Position numbers and translations under genes: made by a program. The notes under the pieces were generated by a model. That model was not told the DNA's origin. It made no database searches and saw only the letters and a program-made list of their open reading frames with translations. Of a DNA stretch of 64,000 nucleotides, positions 8,942 to 19,115 are shown one piece after another; the stretch's first letter is position 1; every line of letters starts with the position of its first letter. The DNA comes from a virus (Duplodnaviria > Heunggongvirae > Uroviricota > Caudoviricetes). The stretch spans positions 37,689 through 101,688 of the IMG/VR virus record IMGVR_UViG_3300032038_000024; one strand, 5' to 3'.

Positions 8942-9771
8942 TATTCTTCTTCATCAATTTCTGGTTCTTCTCCTTCAGCAGTCATCCAAGGATGTTTGAC
9001 TGGGTGTGGTGTCATCAATTTAATATCAAGACCAAACTCTTTATTAAGTTCATTCTGTTGTGTGAACTCATATTTGGCCATCAAATTCATTGCATGAGCA
9101 TATTTATCAAATACTGACCAAAGTTTAGCAGGAGTTGTTGGTGATGGATATCCGCCTTCCTTGTAATGCTCCCAGTCAACTAATTTCTTAAAGTCCCCAT
9201 AATTCAATTCAAGCTTAGTAATATATTCAGCAGCCTTTGCATATTTCTTATATTGTCCATATAATATCTTATTGATATATTCACGTTTCTTTGCAGAGTC
9301 CTCCATTATCTTTTCAAACTCTTCAGACTTATAATCAGCAAATGGTTTATATTCTTGATTGCTTTCATCAGTAATTTTCAAATCATAACCTGACATATAT
9401 GATTCCAAGAATGAATGTCGTAAATTTGAAATAAACAAACGATTTTCAAAATCACTTTCAAATTTAGCAATTGCCTTTTCCTTAAGTTTATCATTTGACT
9501 TTAATGCACAAATATTAACAAAATCAAGATATGTCTTTTTATCAATATCAGTAATATCTTGTACTTTTGTTAAATCTTCAATTTTTATAGAATCTGCCAT
9601 TTGACAAATTTCAGTTTGAAGTGCATTACATTTATCTACAAGAATATGAATTTGCTCATTAATCGGTTTACCGGCAATATGAAGCTCACCATCTACTTGT
9701 CCATAAATTATTGCTAATTTTTGCAATTTCTTTTCTCTTTTTTCTTCTTCGGTTAATTGTTTCTTTGCCAT
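8941..9771 (-). CDS. hypothetical coiled-coil protein with an acidic tail
   Basis: ATG at 9771 (MAKKQLTEEEK). The track start 9825 is non-ATG and would overlap the divergent + gene. Confidence 0.5.
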   Translation of the reverse strand: MAKKQLTEEEKREKKLQKLAIIYGQVDGELHIAGKPINEQIHILVDKCNALQTEICQMADSIKIEDLTKVQDITDIDKKTYLDFVNICALKSNDKLKEKAIAKFESDFENRLFISNLRHSFLESYMSGYDLKITDESNQEYKPFADYKSEEFEKIMEDSAKKREYINKILYGQYKKYAKAAEYITKLELNYGDFKKLVDWEHYKEGGYPSPTTPAKLWSVFDKYAHAMNLMAKYEFTQQNELNKEFGLDIKLMTPHPVKHPWMTAEGEEPEIDEEE

Positions 9772-9817
9772 AATATTTTGTTTATTATTTATTAAATTTA
9801 TATTTAAAATAGTTAAA
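9772..9817. promoter_or_regulatory. 46-bp AT-rich divergent promoter region
   Basis: In − sense it reads CTATTTTAAATATAAATTTAAT, close to the cassette motif at 55860 and 58009. Confidence 0.35.
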
Positions 9818-10177
9818 ATGGACAAAATTTTTAATAACCCTAAGATTAATGTTTACGGGGGAGCCGGAATGCTAAATAAGTACATTTATATGAAAAGAGA
9901 AGATAATGATAACAAATTGTATTTCATATATAAAGTAAAATCAATTATAAATGAAAATTTTCCAGTTATATATGAATGTGATAAAATGTATGTTTTAGTT
10001 GCTCCTAAAAATCGAAAACAAGATATAACGGTTAAAGATAATATTAATAGTATTGAATTATTAAATAATGATATATTATATCAAATGTCAATTGATGAAT
10101 ATATAGGAGTATTTAGATCATTTGTTGAATATCAAGGTACACAAGCAAAAATAACAGACGATATATTTGAAAACTAA
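9818..10177 (+). CDS. hypothetical protein
   Basis: 119-aa ATG ORF followed by a terminator. Confidence 0.5.
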   Translation: MDKIFNNPKINVYGGAGMLNKYIYMKREDNDNKLYFIYKVKSIINENFPVIYECDKMYVLVAPKNRKQDITVKDNINSIELLNNDILYQMSIDEYIGVFRSFVEYQGTQAKITDDIFEN

Positions 10178-10210
10178 AAAAGGAACTCGAAAGAGTTCCT
10201 TTTGTTTGTT
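10176..10210. terminator. bidirectional rho-independent terminator
   Basis: AAAAAGGAACTC-GAAA-GAGTTCCTTTTG with a GAAA tetraloop, flanked by an A-run and a T-run, between convergent genes. Confidence 0.65.
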
Positions 10211-10223
10211 ATGATAAATTATC

Positions 10224-10808
10224 TTATGATAATTCGTCTTCCCAATAGTCACAACGGAATGTGCAAACTAATTGACGAGCATCATTAGACATAATATCTA
10301 AGTCATCAATATTTGTTACGCCAGTAAGCATTACATGATGGAAGATATATGATCTCCAAATATCACCATTACGAGTTGCTTCAGCTATACGTAAGTTATC
10401 TGTAATATAACCTGTCTTAATTGAACGTGTACCATCAGCAAGATTATAAGAAATATTTTCCCAAGCACGGAATACTTTCAATACGAAGTTATCTGTTACA
10501 TTACGTAAGTTAAGGTTAAATGTAATAGTAATATCAGCTGCAGTTGTATCAAGAACTGGATTCAAATAAGAAACAGTAACACCATAGAACTTTTGTTCAG
10601 AAGCTGGAGTTGTCTTTTGAAGTACATCAAGACCACTAACATTTGTTACTTGTTCTGTAAGTAATAATTCTTCTGTTTTGAACTGACTCTGAATAGCTGC
10701 TGGCAATGTAAAATATACTTCAAATATTGACTTGTGTACTGGATCGTATTTCATACGACCTGACTCAACATTCAATATATGAGGTAAGTGTGTTAAATTA
10801 TTAGCCAT
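10224..10808 (-). CDS. tail tube protein (T4 gp19-like)
   Basis: C-terminal ...CTFRCDYWEDELS matches the gp19 C-terminal ...LALDYWE. It lies immediately downstream of the sheath-size gene. Confidence 0.6.
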   Translation of the reverse strand: MANNLTHLPHILNVESGRMKYDPVHKSIFEVYFTLPAAIQSQFKTEELLLTEQVTNVSGLDVLQKTTPASEQKFYGVTVSYLNPVLDTTAADITITFNLNLRNVTDNFVLKVFRAWENISYNLADGTRSIKTGYITDNLRIAEATRNGDIWRSYIFHHVMLTGVTNIDDLDIMSNDARQLVCTFRCDYWEDELS

Positions 10809-10860
10809 AAATTATATTCATGAATATATATTTTTTATTAAACGTTTCTTCTTTTAAGTA

Positions 10861-10882
10861 GGATGGTACCGAAGTACCATCC
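10861..10882. terminator. hairpin between the sheath and tube genes (attenuator or terminator-like)
   Basis: GGATGGTAC-CGAA-GTACCATCC, a 9-bp stem. Confidence 0.4.
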
Positions 10883-10900
10883 ATTTATTTAATAATATAC

Positions 10901-13900
10901 TTAGTCTGAAATATTTGCATTCATTTGACCAGTTCTCCAGATGTGAAGTTCTTGTACCATCTTACCGCAACCCATACCTGGTTCAATGTGAGTTGTAATA
11001 ACAGCCATTTCGTTATCAATAATATCAGGTGTATTATTAGATTCGTCCATGATATTCTTATAAGCTTGAATACCACCATTAGCTGCAATTATTGAACAGA
11101 TTTGGTTAGCTCTGTCAAGGATAGCATTACGTGTACGTTGGTTATTGAACTCCCATTGATAAGCTTGAAGAACCTTTTCAATTTCATCTTGTAAGTAAAT
11201 AACAAGTTCACGAACATTAACCTTAGAAAGTGCAGAAACAGGAGTTTGTTTTGCAGTTTGGTTAGCGTTAATGAATGTACCGAAGTTTGGACGGTATACC
11301 ATTACGTTTACACCAAATGGTTCAATAATTTGTAATTCATCCATTGAATATTTGTAGTCAGGACCAACAAGACCAGAAGCAGTAATTGCACCATAGTTAG
11401 GACCTGCAACAATGTAATATGGTTGACGTGAAATATACTTATTAACGAATAAGTTAGATACAAGACCTGCAGCAGGAACTATTGTATCAAGATATCCATC
11501 AGTAAACTTAAGAGGTGTGTAGAATGCAATGAATGAAGCACCATCATTTTCTGTTGGTAAGCTAAACATCATTGAAGCTGATTTCTTCTTATTGAAACCT
11601 TTAACAACATATTCTACATTAAATACACCCTTAGAGTCTGTGAATGATGTGTAAGGACACTTAATAAAGTTCTTAACTGATGGGAAGTTAGCAATACAGA
11701 ATGCAGATTGCTTTTCTTTACATAAGTATGAAAGAACGTTCTTAAGATTAGATACTGGGAATGATTCGAATGTATCAATTACATAACGATAATCAATTTC
11801 TGACTTGTTAAGTAATGCAGTACGAAGTCCCTTATAATCAGTAATTGTAGAAAGAATGAATTCTTGCCACTTTACTTTTGGATACATACCTGTTCCAAGT
11901 GGACGGTCGTTCTTATATGTATAACCTTCAAGATATTGTGGAATCATTGTACCAATTTCTTGGTTAAGAGCAGCATCAACACGAACTAATGTACGGTTAA
12001 TAGTTGCGCCTGTTTCTGGGTCAAGAATTTCATATAACCAAGGTTCTGCAGAAATAAGAATGTAGTGGAATTTGAAATCACCAGCGTGGTGTAAAATAAC
12101 ATCACCATTTTCATCCTTTTCACCGTTCATATCTTCTTCACCTTCTTCGTAGTAAACAGTACCAAATTCTTGAACATTTACATTATCAATGTATCCGTTT
12201 TCATCATCTTCTTCACCATTTTCATTTTCATCAACAGCACCGTCTTGAGCAAGAATACAGTCACCCTTTTGAAGAATGTTAAGTAATGAAGTATCATATT
12301 GAGCTGTACCGATAAGAGCAGCTTGTTTTACACCCTTAATAATTTCAGCATCTTCAACATATTCCCAGTTATCGTCACAGAAATCAATGAATGAAACTGA
12401 AGAACCATAAACAGCATCAGCACCAACTGCAGTTGTATTAACATACTTAATTCTTGTAAGTACTTCAACTTCTTTTAATGCAGGCTTAATGTTTTCATCA
12501 ATATCAGTATATTCTGTTCCGTCAGCTGATTTGTGTTCAAGACGAGAAAGAGCAGTAATAACCTTTTGAGGACCTTCAAGAGGATTTGATGGATCCATAA
12601 ATGCATCTCCTGCTGGCCAGTATGTACCGATACCCTTCTTTGGTTTTCCTTCTTCATCAAATACAACACCAAGTTTACGAGCAGCTTCACGAACTTTCCA
12701 TTGATTTTGATTTGTATTGAAAGTCATTGTAACAGTTTGGTCAGAACCAACTTGTGCTAATTCAATTTGACCAGCTGTACCTGCTTCAACTTCAATATCT
12801 TCTCTAATTGTTTTAACATAAAGTGTACCTGCAATACGAGTCTTGCCAACATAAACGTCTTGTAATGGAGTTTCTGTTTCAGGATCCCATACGTTAGTAT
12901 AGAATGATGTTACATCAGCAATAACAGGAGCACTAACGTTACCTAATACTGATGTTGTTGCAGTACCATCATAAATCTTATCAACACTTAATGTCTTATT
13001 AGCTTTAAGAGGATTCTTTGGTGATGGAATTCTAATACGACCAGAAAGGTCAAGGTTTGCAGCATTTTCTTCTTCAAGTAAATCCTTGTTGAAAGATAAC
13101 ATCATGTTGTGAGTATCAATATCACTATTGAATACAACATCAAGACATGCATATGCACCTTGCTTATTCTTGAAGTAAGGAATGATTGCACCAATATAGT
13201 GTCCAAGAGCACCAGCAGTTTCATCTTTATATAATGCATCAAGTGTATCAACAGATTCACCGAAAGCATTAATTACTTTATCACGAAGTTTAAGTATTTG
13301 ATTACCGTCTTCGTCAAGTTCGTTTGTTACAATGAAGTAGTTTTTCAATGTATTAGAAGCAAGAACTTGCTTTGCTTCGAATTTACCTTTGAATACATAA
13401 ATTTCTGCAAAGAAGTCAGAAATTAAGTTATTCTTGTAAGGTTCCATGTACTCAGGCATTTCTTCATCTGAATACCAGTCATTAACTGTAATATTGTACC
13501 CAGAAACCTTTGTACCTGATGCTTTACGAATAAAATATGTACAAGAAGTTGCTTTAACGTTAGTTGCTGATATATTGATGTATTGGTCCATCAAAGAACC
13601 TTCAACTGAACGCAAGTCATTCAACTTTTCTGCATCAAGAGTCCAGAAACGAGTTGTATCGTAAATGTCTTCAACATTAAGTGTTACAGTGTCAATTGGA
13701 GTAAACTTTGGATTAAAGTCTGTGCTGATAGTAGCACCTTGAACTGTTTCACCGTCAAACTTTTTAAGATTAAGACATAAGATTGGACTTACTTGTAACA
13801 TTTGTAAAGCTAAACGATGGAAATAAATACCACGTTTTTCAAGTCTTTTAGATATATCACCGAAGATAGATCTGAACTCGTATGGATCTTTTACAAGCAC

Positions 13901-14044
13901 AGGTACATTGAAAGGACCTTTCTCAGAGTAACCTACAACTAATCTGAGCATTTGTGTATCTTGATTTAAGATAGCTGAGTGGTCAAAAACTACACGGTAA
14001 ATACCCGCAGCTTTAAACTGCTGCAAATGTACTGGAATTGCCAT
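10901..14044 (-). CDS. contractile tail sheath protein (large, gp18-like by position)
   Basis: 1047-aa protein with its own late-type promoter, directly upstream of the tube gene. No residue-level check was possible. Confidence 0.5.
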   Translation of the reverse strand: MAIPVHLQQFKAAGIYRVVFDHSAILNQDTQMLRLVVGYSEKGPFNVPVLVKDPYEFRSIFGDISKRLEKRGIYFHRLALQMLQVSPILCLNLKKFDGETVQGATISTDFNPKFTPIDTVTLNVEDIYDTTRFWTLDAEKLNDLRSVEGSLMDQYINISATNVKATSCTYFIRKASGTKVSGYNITVNDWYSDEEMPEYMEPYKNNLISDFFAEIYVFKGKFEAKQVLASNTLKNYFIVTNELDEDGNQILKLRDKVINAFGESVDTLDALYKDETAGALGHYIGAIIPYFKNKQGAYACLDVVFNSDIDTHNMMLSFNKDLLEEENAANLDLSGRIRIPSPKNPLKANKTLSVDKIYDGTATTSVLGNVSAPVIADVTSFYTNVWDPETETPLQDVYVGKTRIAGTLYVKTIREDIEVEAGTAGQIELAQVGSDQTVTMTFNTNQNQWKVREAARKLGVVFDEEGKPKKGIGTYWPAGDAFMDPSNPLEGPQKVITALSRLEHKSADGTEYTDIDENIKPALKEVEVLTRIKYVNTTAVGADAVYGSSVSFIDFCDDNWEYVEDAEIIKGVKQAALIGTAQYDTSLLNILQKGDCILAQDGAVDENENGEEDDENGYIDNVNVQEFGTVYYEEGEEDMNGEKDENGDVILHHAGDFKFHYILISAEPWLYEILDPETGATINRTLVRVDAALNQEIGTMIPQYLEGYTYKNDRPLGTGMYPKVKWQEFILSTITDYKGLRTALLNKSEIDYRYVIDTFESFPVSNLKNVLSYLCKEKQSAFCIANFPSVKNFIKCPYTSFTDSKGVFNVEYVVKGFNKKKSASMMFSLPTENDGASFIAFYTPLKFTDGYLDTIVPAAGLVSNLFVNKYISRQPYYIVAGPNYGAITASGLVGPDYKYSMDELQIIEPFGVNVMVYRPNFGTFINANQTAKQTPVSALSKVNVRELVIYLQDEIEKVLQAYQWEFNNQRTRNAILDRANQICSIIAANGGIQAYKNIMDESNNTPDIIDNEMAVITTHIEPGMGCGKMVQELHIWRTGQMNANISD

Positions 14045-14121
14045 ATTATATTATCTCTTTTTATATTTATTATATTCTTGTAATTGTACTTTTAATTTAA
14101 GCGAGCAATGCTTAATAGATA

Positions 14122-14145
14122 CAATTTAATAAAAATAAAATTTTT
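14122..14145 (-). promoter_or_regulatory. phage-type promoter element upstream of the sheath gene
   Basis: − sense AAAAATTTTATTTTTATTAAATTG. Confidence 0.35.
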
Positions 14146-14202
14146 GATGCCGACTTGAAAATTTTTGTTTCAAGTTTTATTATTAATATTGTTACTTTAA
14201 AC

Positions 14203-14236
14203 ACAAAAAAGGAACAGTTCTCGCGAACTGTTCCAA
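14203..14236 (-). terminator. rho-independent terminator after the major capsid gene
   Basis: GGAACAGTTC-TCGC-GAACTGTTCC, a 10-bp stem with a U-run in − sense. A second weaker hairpin lies at 14154-14174. Confidence 0.7.
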
Positions 14237-14296
14237 TTGTGATTCTTGCGAATCGGATTAATATATAGAGGCGAGAATTTTGCCTTAATATATATC

Positions 14297-16066
14297 TTAG
14301 ATAATTCCAAATGCTGAGCCAACTGCAATTGTAAGATATTGAAGTTCTGGATAGAAACCAGCTTCTGCAATTGTATAACGGCTGTTAACCAACATCTTAG
14401 GAGCCATTGTACCTTCAGCAGTAATAGAAACTGTGTCAGCAAGAATGTATGGCATGAAGATAACACCTGGTGAGTTACCGTCACCTTTACGACCGATACA
14501 GATACGTGTGTCGTTCCAGTCCATATATGGGTCAACATAAATTTGAAGACCTGCAACTGTACCTGCGTGGTATAAGTTTTGGTTGTTAGCTTGAGACATT
14601 GTGTTAAGCATTGGAGCTACAACATAACCAGAAACGTCTTGTAAAGCAGTAGCAACTTGACCGTTTGTTACAACCCATGTTGGACGTCCACGACGACCTA
14701 CTAATTGGATTAAGTTAGCAGCAGCAAGTAACTTAGACATAATACGACGTTGTCTTGTTGCAAGATTTTCAGCAGAAGTATTAACTTCAGCGTTCTTTAC
14801 ATTACCCCAAGTTGCCTTGTGATCGTGTCCATAAATATCTGTGAAGTGTGGAACACCTGGGAATGCTTGTGCAAATGGAATATCAGCACCACCATTACCC
14901 ATGTAAAGGTTAAGATCTACACCTTGACGAGCTTTTTGTTGAACAGCGTTAGTAACACCAAGTGCAAATACTCTTTCAAGAATACGTTGGTTGATGTGTT
15001 GTGTAATTTCGTTTTGAAGAGCTTCCATAACCTTAGATACAGCATCAACACCGTATAATGGAAGATCTTGTAATTGCTGACGAGTTACAGTACCTGTTAC
15101 TTCATATGAACCCATTTGGATCCACTTGCTGAATAAACGAAGACCAATAACATTACCTGTACCAGTTTCGTTTTGAGCACGTGTCATAGGATTCTTACCA
15201 CCATCGAAGAAGTTTGCGAAACCATCAACAAGATCTACAGAAGTTTGTACGAAGTCAGCAACAACTTCTTGTGCAGCTTTACCTTCAGCAGCTTCTTCAA
15301 GAGCAATTGTATAAGTTCCAATCTTTACAGAATCAGCAGCAGCAAATTCTTCGCGAATTGACTTGTTAGCAGCAGAGCATTCTACAACTTTAACAAGTGG
15401 GCAAGCGTCCATACGACCAAGCATAATAAACTTACCTTTGAAACCACCAACTTCTACAGCAGCATCAGCAGCAATTGTACCGTCTTCAATCTTTGTACGA
15501 ATACCAGCAATTTGTTCAAGTGTAAGACCTTTAATCTTAATGTAGATAGGCTTGTTTTCATTACCTTCACCCTTACCATCAAATGATGTTTCGTTTACAC
15601 GACCAAGTTTACCACCAGCATATGGGAAGTCCATATATGTTAACATAGCCCAAGGACCCTTAGAAGGAATAACTGGAACAAGTTCAAGACCAATAGTTAA
15701 CAATGCAATGTTAAGAGCCATTGGAAGAGTAGATACTGGAATATCACCAGAACCTGGAGTTTGACCCCAGAATGAACCTGTTGGGTTAGCAGCATTGTAT
15801 GGAGCTGTGCTCATTGGGTCTAATTGACTTGGAGCTGTAGGATTACCCATACCAAGTGTGTTCATTGGAGTTGTATAGATAGGACCTACGCCTGGGTGTT
15901 GAGCTGAAACAGCAACATTACCACCGTTAATACCAATTTGAGATTCATGAATTTCATGAATAGCAGCATATTGAGAAACCCAGTTAAGTTTTTCCTGGTC
16001 ATTAACGTTGAAGTTCTCCTTCAACATTTTTTCCCATGTAACTGCGCCATTTTGTTCATTAAACAT
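14297..16066 (-). CDS. major capsid protein, T4 gp23-like
   Basis: RRGRPTWVVTNGQVATALQDVSGYVVAP versus gp23 RGEGNFIIASRNVVNVLASVDTGISYAAQ; YHAGTVAGLQIYVDPYMDWNDTRICIGRKG versus VFAGVLGGKYRVYIDQYAKQDYFTVGYKG. ATG at 16066; the track start 16081 is TTG. Confidence 0.8.
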   Translation of the reverse strand: MFNEQNGAVTWEKMLKENFNVNDQEKLNWVSQYAAIHEIHESQIGINGGNVAVSAQHPGVGPIYTTPMNTLGMGNPTAPSQLDPMSTAPYNAANPTGSFWGQTPGSGDIPVSTLPMALNIALLTIGLELVPVIPSKGPWAMLTYMDFPYAGGKLGRVNETSFDGKGEGNENKPIYIKIKGLTLEQIAGIRTKIEDGTIAADAAVEVGGFKGKFIMLGRMDACPLVKVVECSAANKSIREEFAAADSVKIGTYTIALEEAAEGKAAQEVVADFVQTSVDLVDGFANFFDGGKNPMTRAQNETGTGNVIGLRLFSKWIQMGSYEVTGTVTRQQLQDLPLYGVDAVSKVMEALQNEITQHINQRILERVFALGVTNAVQQKARQGVDLNLYMGNGGADIPFAQAFPGVPHFTDIYGHDHKATWGNVKNAEVNTSAENLATRQRRIMSKLLAAANLIQLVGRRGRPTWVVTNGQVATALQDVSGYVVAPMLNTMSQANNQNLYHAGTVAGLQIYVDPYMDWNDTRICIGRKGDGNSPGVIFMPYILADTVSITAEGTMAPKMLVNSRYTIAEAGFYPELQYLTIAVGSAFGII

Positions 16067-16109
16067 ATTATTTATAATCAAAATTTATTTGTTATTTCTC
16101 TGTTTGAGA

Positions 16110-16138
16110 ATTTAATTTATATAAAAATAAAAATTTTC
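16110..16138 (-). promoter_or_regulatory. phage-type (late-like) promoter for the capsid gene
   Basis: − sense TTTTATTTTTATATAAATTAAAT, which contains TATAAAT. Confidence 0.45.
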
Positions 16139-16171
16139 TTATCTGATTGAAAATATTTAATAATAATCAAA

Positions 16172-17860
16172 TTATGCATTTAAGCCACGAAGTCTCTTCA
16201 TGTTAGCAATAATGCTGTTTTGATAATTTTCAACAGGATTCTTTGATTCTACAACTGGCTTTGTTTCTTCAGCTTTCTTGCCAAAATCAACATTAGCCCA
16301 GAATGATTCAAGTACACCTTCTTTTGTGAAATCATACATCTTTGAACTTCTAATGATGTTCTGTTGTGCAGCTTCATTAAGTAATTCCCATGATGGACGA
16401 TATTCAGCTGGCATGTTTTCTACAACATAAACTCCTTTGTACTTGTTTTCAGCATTATGTTCTTCAACAATCTTTTGAACATCTGTATTGCCTTCAGCAG
16501 CTATAGATTCAAGTAAACCATCAATTTCATCAAGGCGACCAGCCTTTTGAGATTCCATAAATGCAGAAACATTTTCGTTTACTTTTTGTTCAATAATTGC
16601 TGATTGTTCTGGAGTATATTCTTCCATTAACCAGTTCTCCATAGTAGGAGCAAATTCTTCAGTAATCCAACCTTGAATTTCTGGAGCAAATTCTTCAGTT
16701 ACCCAGTTTTGTAATTCAGGTGAATATTCTTCAACAATCCAGTTTTGTACTTCTGGAGCAAATTCTTCAACTACCCAATTTTGTACTTCAGGTGCAAATT
16801 CCTCTACAACCCAATCTTGTACTAATGGAGCAAATTCTTCAGTTACCCAAGACTTCATTTGAGAAGTAAATTCATCATTAATCCAAGTCTTAACAGCTTC
16901 CTGAATTTCTTCTGATGAATTACCATTCATCTTTTCAGTAATAACTGTATTTAAACCTTCATTGATTTTGTTTTGGAAATCAGGTGCAAATTCTTCAGTA
17001 ATCCACTTTTGAATACCTTCATAATTTGTAGGCTTAATAGACTTTACTTCGTTTAAAGATTCTTGAGCTACATGAAGCTCAGCTTCGAGAGATGTTACTT
17101 TCTCAGTAAGCTTATCAATAGCTTCTTTAAGTTCTTTCATATCGATGTCTTTATTGTCATTATTTTTGTTATCGTCTTTCTTAGGATCATCCTTAGGATC
17201 TCCCTTAGGTTCTTCCTCAGGTTTGTCATCATTCTTAGGTTCGTCTTTTGGCTTGTCGTCGTTCTTATCTTTATCATCGATAAGATCATCACCTTCAACA
17301 ATAACCCAAGTTTCATTACTATCTTCAAGACCTTCATTCAAGCATTCAAGAGTTTGATTAGTCTTTAATGTAAGCTTAGCTTGACTGAAACCAGGAGTAC
17401 CTACCAAGTCATATGTCTGTATAGTTGATAAAGTTACACGACCTTCATTAGTAATTGTACCTGCACCACGTGACGAAATGAAAAGTGGAAGACCGCCTTC
17501 AACGATAGCTTTAGCAATTTGACCTTTTGGAGTATTTAAAAGAACAATAGAACCTGTAATTGTACCATCTTCATTCATCTGAATATCTTCAATTTTGTGA
17601 GAAACATTCTCCAAATTAATATTCATTGAATTAGGATGTTCCAATTCTCCAGGACAACCTGATTCTTTTATTTTCTTTTGTAAAGATTCAACCATCTGTG
17701 CATAATTGTCTTTATCATACACACGATTATTTTGATTCTTTATTCCACAAACTCCAAATACACCTTGCAAACGCATTAAACCATCGCCTTTAGCTTCTGA
17801 CACTTGAAGATTTGAAACGCTTCCCAAAGTCTCATAAACCAAGCAACGTTTATCTGTCAT
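16172..17860 (-). CDS. prohead core protease (gp21/S77-like) fused to a repeat-containing scaffold-like C-terminal region
   Basis: GELEHP...ISSRGAGTITNEG versus gp21 GELNHP...VSSRGLGSLTDTNEG. Then a KD/PE-rich linker, a coiled coil and 8 tandem 12-aa repeats. Confidence 0.7.
   Translation of the reverse strand: MTDKRCLVYETLGSVSNLQVSEAKGDGLMRLQGVFGVCGIKNQNNRVYDKDNYAQMVESLQKKIKESGCPGELEHPNSMNINLENVSHKIEDIQMNEDGTITGSIVLLNTPKGQIAKAIVEGGLPLFISSRGAGTITNEGRVTLSTIQTYDLVGTPGFSQAKLTLKTNQTLECLNEGLEDSNETWVIVEGDDLIDDKDKNDDKPKDEPKNDDKPEEEPKGDPKDDPKKDDNKNNDNKDIDMKELKEAIDKLTEKVTSLEAELHVAQESLNEVKSIKPTNYEGIQKWITEEFAPDFQNKINEGLNTVITEKMNGNSSEEIQEAVKTWINDEFTSQMKSWVTEEFAPLVQDWVVEEFAPEVQNWVVEEFAPEVQNWIVEEYSPELQNWVTEEFAPEIQGWITEEFAPTMENWLMEEYTPEQSAIIEQKVNENVSAFMESQKAGRLDEIDGLLESIAAEGNTDVQKIVEEHNAENKYKGVYVVENMPAEYRPSWELLNEAAQQNIIRSSKMYDFTKEGVLESFWANVDFGKKAEETKPVVESKNPVENYQNSIIANMKRLRGLNA
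16611..16898. repeat. 8 tandem 36-nt in-frame coding repeats (protein W-V/I-V/T-EEFAPE-V/I-QN)
   Basis: Read directly: GGAGCAAATTCTTCAGTTACCCAGTTTTGTAATTCA-type units with period 36. Confidence 0.85.
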
Positions 17861-17997
17861 ATGCTACAATATATGTATATTTTTGTTATATGTTGCAAAT
17901 CAAATAAAAATAATATAACTAAATCACATTTATGATTTTTTAAGTCATATATTTTAATAAAAATAAATATTTTAAGACCTAATGTATTAAAAATAAA

Positions 17998-18022
17998 AGA
18001 GAGCAACATTAGTTGCCCTCTT
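17998..18022 (-). terminator. rho-independent terminator
   Basis: AGAGAGCAAC-ATTA-GTTGCCCTCT with one mismatch, then a U-run in − sense, directly after the stop at 18031. Confidence 0.55.
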
Positions 18023-18030
18023 AAATATAA

Positions 18031-19092
18031 TTATAAATTTGATTCATCTATATCACCATCCATATATGTTACAGTATCGGGATTTCTCCACCATGATGGA
18101 TCTATACCATCCTCAGAACATATTGTCCAATATTCAGAAATACGTCTTATTTGTTTAGGTGACAATACACGAGCAGCCATTTGTGTATATGTTTCAAATT
18201 GCCAATCAGGTACCCAGAATGTCATACCTTGCCAACTCCATTCCTGCCAACCATCCACACCGCCTGGCATTAAAGGAATTTTACTATCAACAAGCATATT
18301 TTTAATAGTTCCTAAACCTCTATTTGACTGCCAACTTGTAGCGTATGGGAAACCATCAGTTGTTCCAACAGTAAGAATATTTGCAATATCAAATCCTGGC
18401 TTAATATAATTATTCTTAAAATAGAAATGTTTAATAACTCTATCATCACCAGTTCCAATTCCATTACCGTCAAATGGATGATTATATGTTTCACCACTAT
18501 TTTCAAACCAGCATTTTTCTAAAGTATATGGAGTTGAACCATCAATATTAATAGCTGCAGAAAATGTTGGATGCCAATAACCTTTATTACCTTTAGGTTG
18601 TCGAACATAAATCTCTCTTAAATTATATTGTTCAAGTTCAGTAACAGATAAACCAGAAGGAATAACTGTGATAGGACATAATCCATGTTTCATCGCATAT
18701 ATATTTGTAAATGGTCTTAAATCTATTACTTCAATATTTTTATTGCCTAATAATGGACATTGACTACTTACAAATGATCCACTAATATCTATACGTTGGT
18801 TAACATCTACTACACCTATTGTATCACCAAAATAATTACTTTTACCAATATTTTCAGTAAATTCAGGATCGTCCCATTCATAATATGTACCATTAATGTT
18901 TTCAATTCTTAATTCATATCGTCTTGTTAAAAATTCAGTTTGATGTGGAAATGAATATAATGGTCTAATATAACCTTTTAAACGACCAGTTATATAACTA
19001 TCTTTTGTTAATTTATATAATTTTGGAATACATTCATTACTTACAGTTTCTGAACCTGTTGTATTTTGTGAAATTGTTATTTTATTTAACAT
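18031..19092 (-). CDS. hypothetical virion/tail-associated protein
   Basis: 353-aa protein, Trp-rich at the C-terminus, heading the fibre-gene block. Confidence 0.45.
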   Translation of the reverse strand: MLNKITISQNTTGSETVSNECIPKLYKLTKDSYITGRLKGYIRPLYSFPHQTEFLTRRYELRIENINGTYYEWDDPEFTENIGKSNYFGDTIGVVDVNQRIDISGSFVSSQCPLLGNKNIEVIDLRPFTNIYAMKHGLCPITVIPSGLSVTELEQYNLREIYVRQPKGNKGYWHPTFSAAINIDGSTPYTLEKCWFENSGETYNHPFDGNGIGTGDDRVIKHFYFKNNYIKPGFDIANILTVGTTDGFPYATSWQSNRGLGTIKNMLVDSKIPLMPGGVDGWQEWSWQGMTFWVPDWQFETYTQMAARVLSPKQIRRISEYWTICSEDGIDPSWWRNPDTVTYMDGDIDESNL

Positions 19093-19115
19093 ATATAAAT
19101 ATATCCATGTATTTC

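Noticed and set aside
14197-14556. ORF 14197..14556 (−) and the + strand ORFs 14750-16150 overlapping the capsid gene
   Set aside because: They lie out of frame within, or straddle, the strongly supported capsid gene and its terminator. Their composition is low-complexity.
16611-16898. Possible CRISPR array suggested by regular 36-nt repeats
   Set aside because: The repeats are contiguous with no spacers, are in-frame and translate to a conserved peptide repeat inside a protease-scaffold gene.
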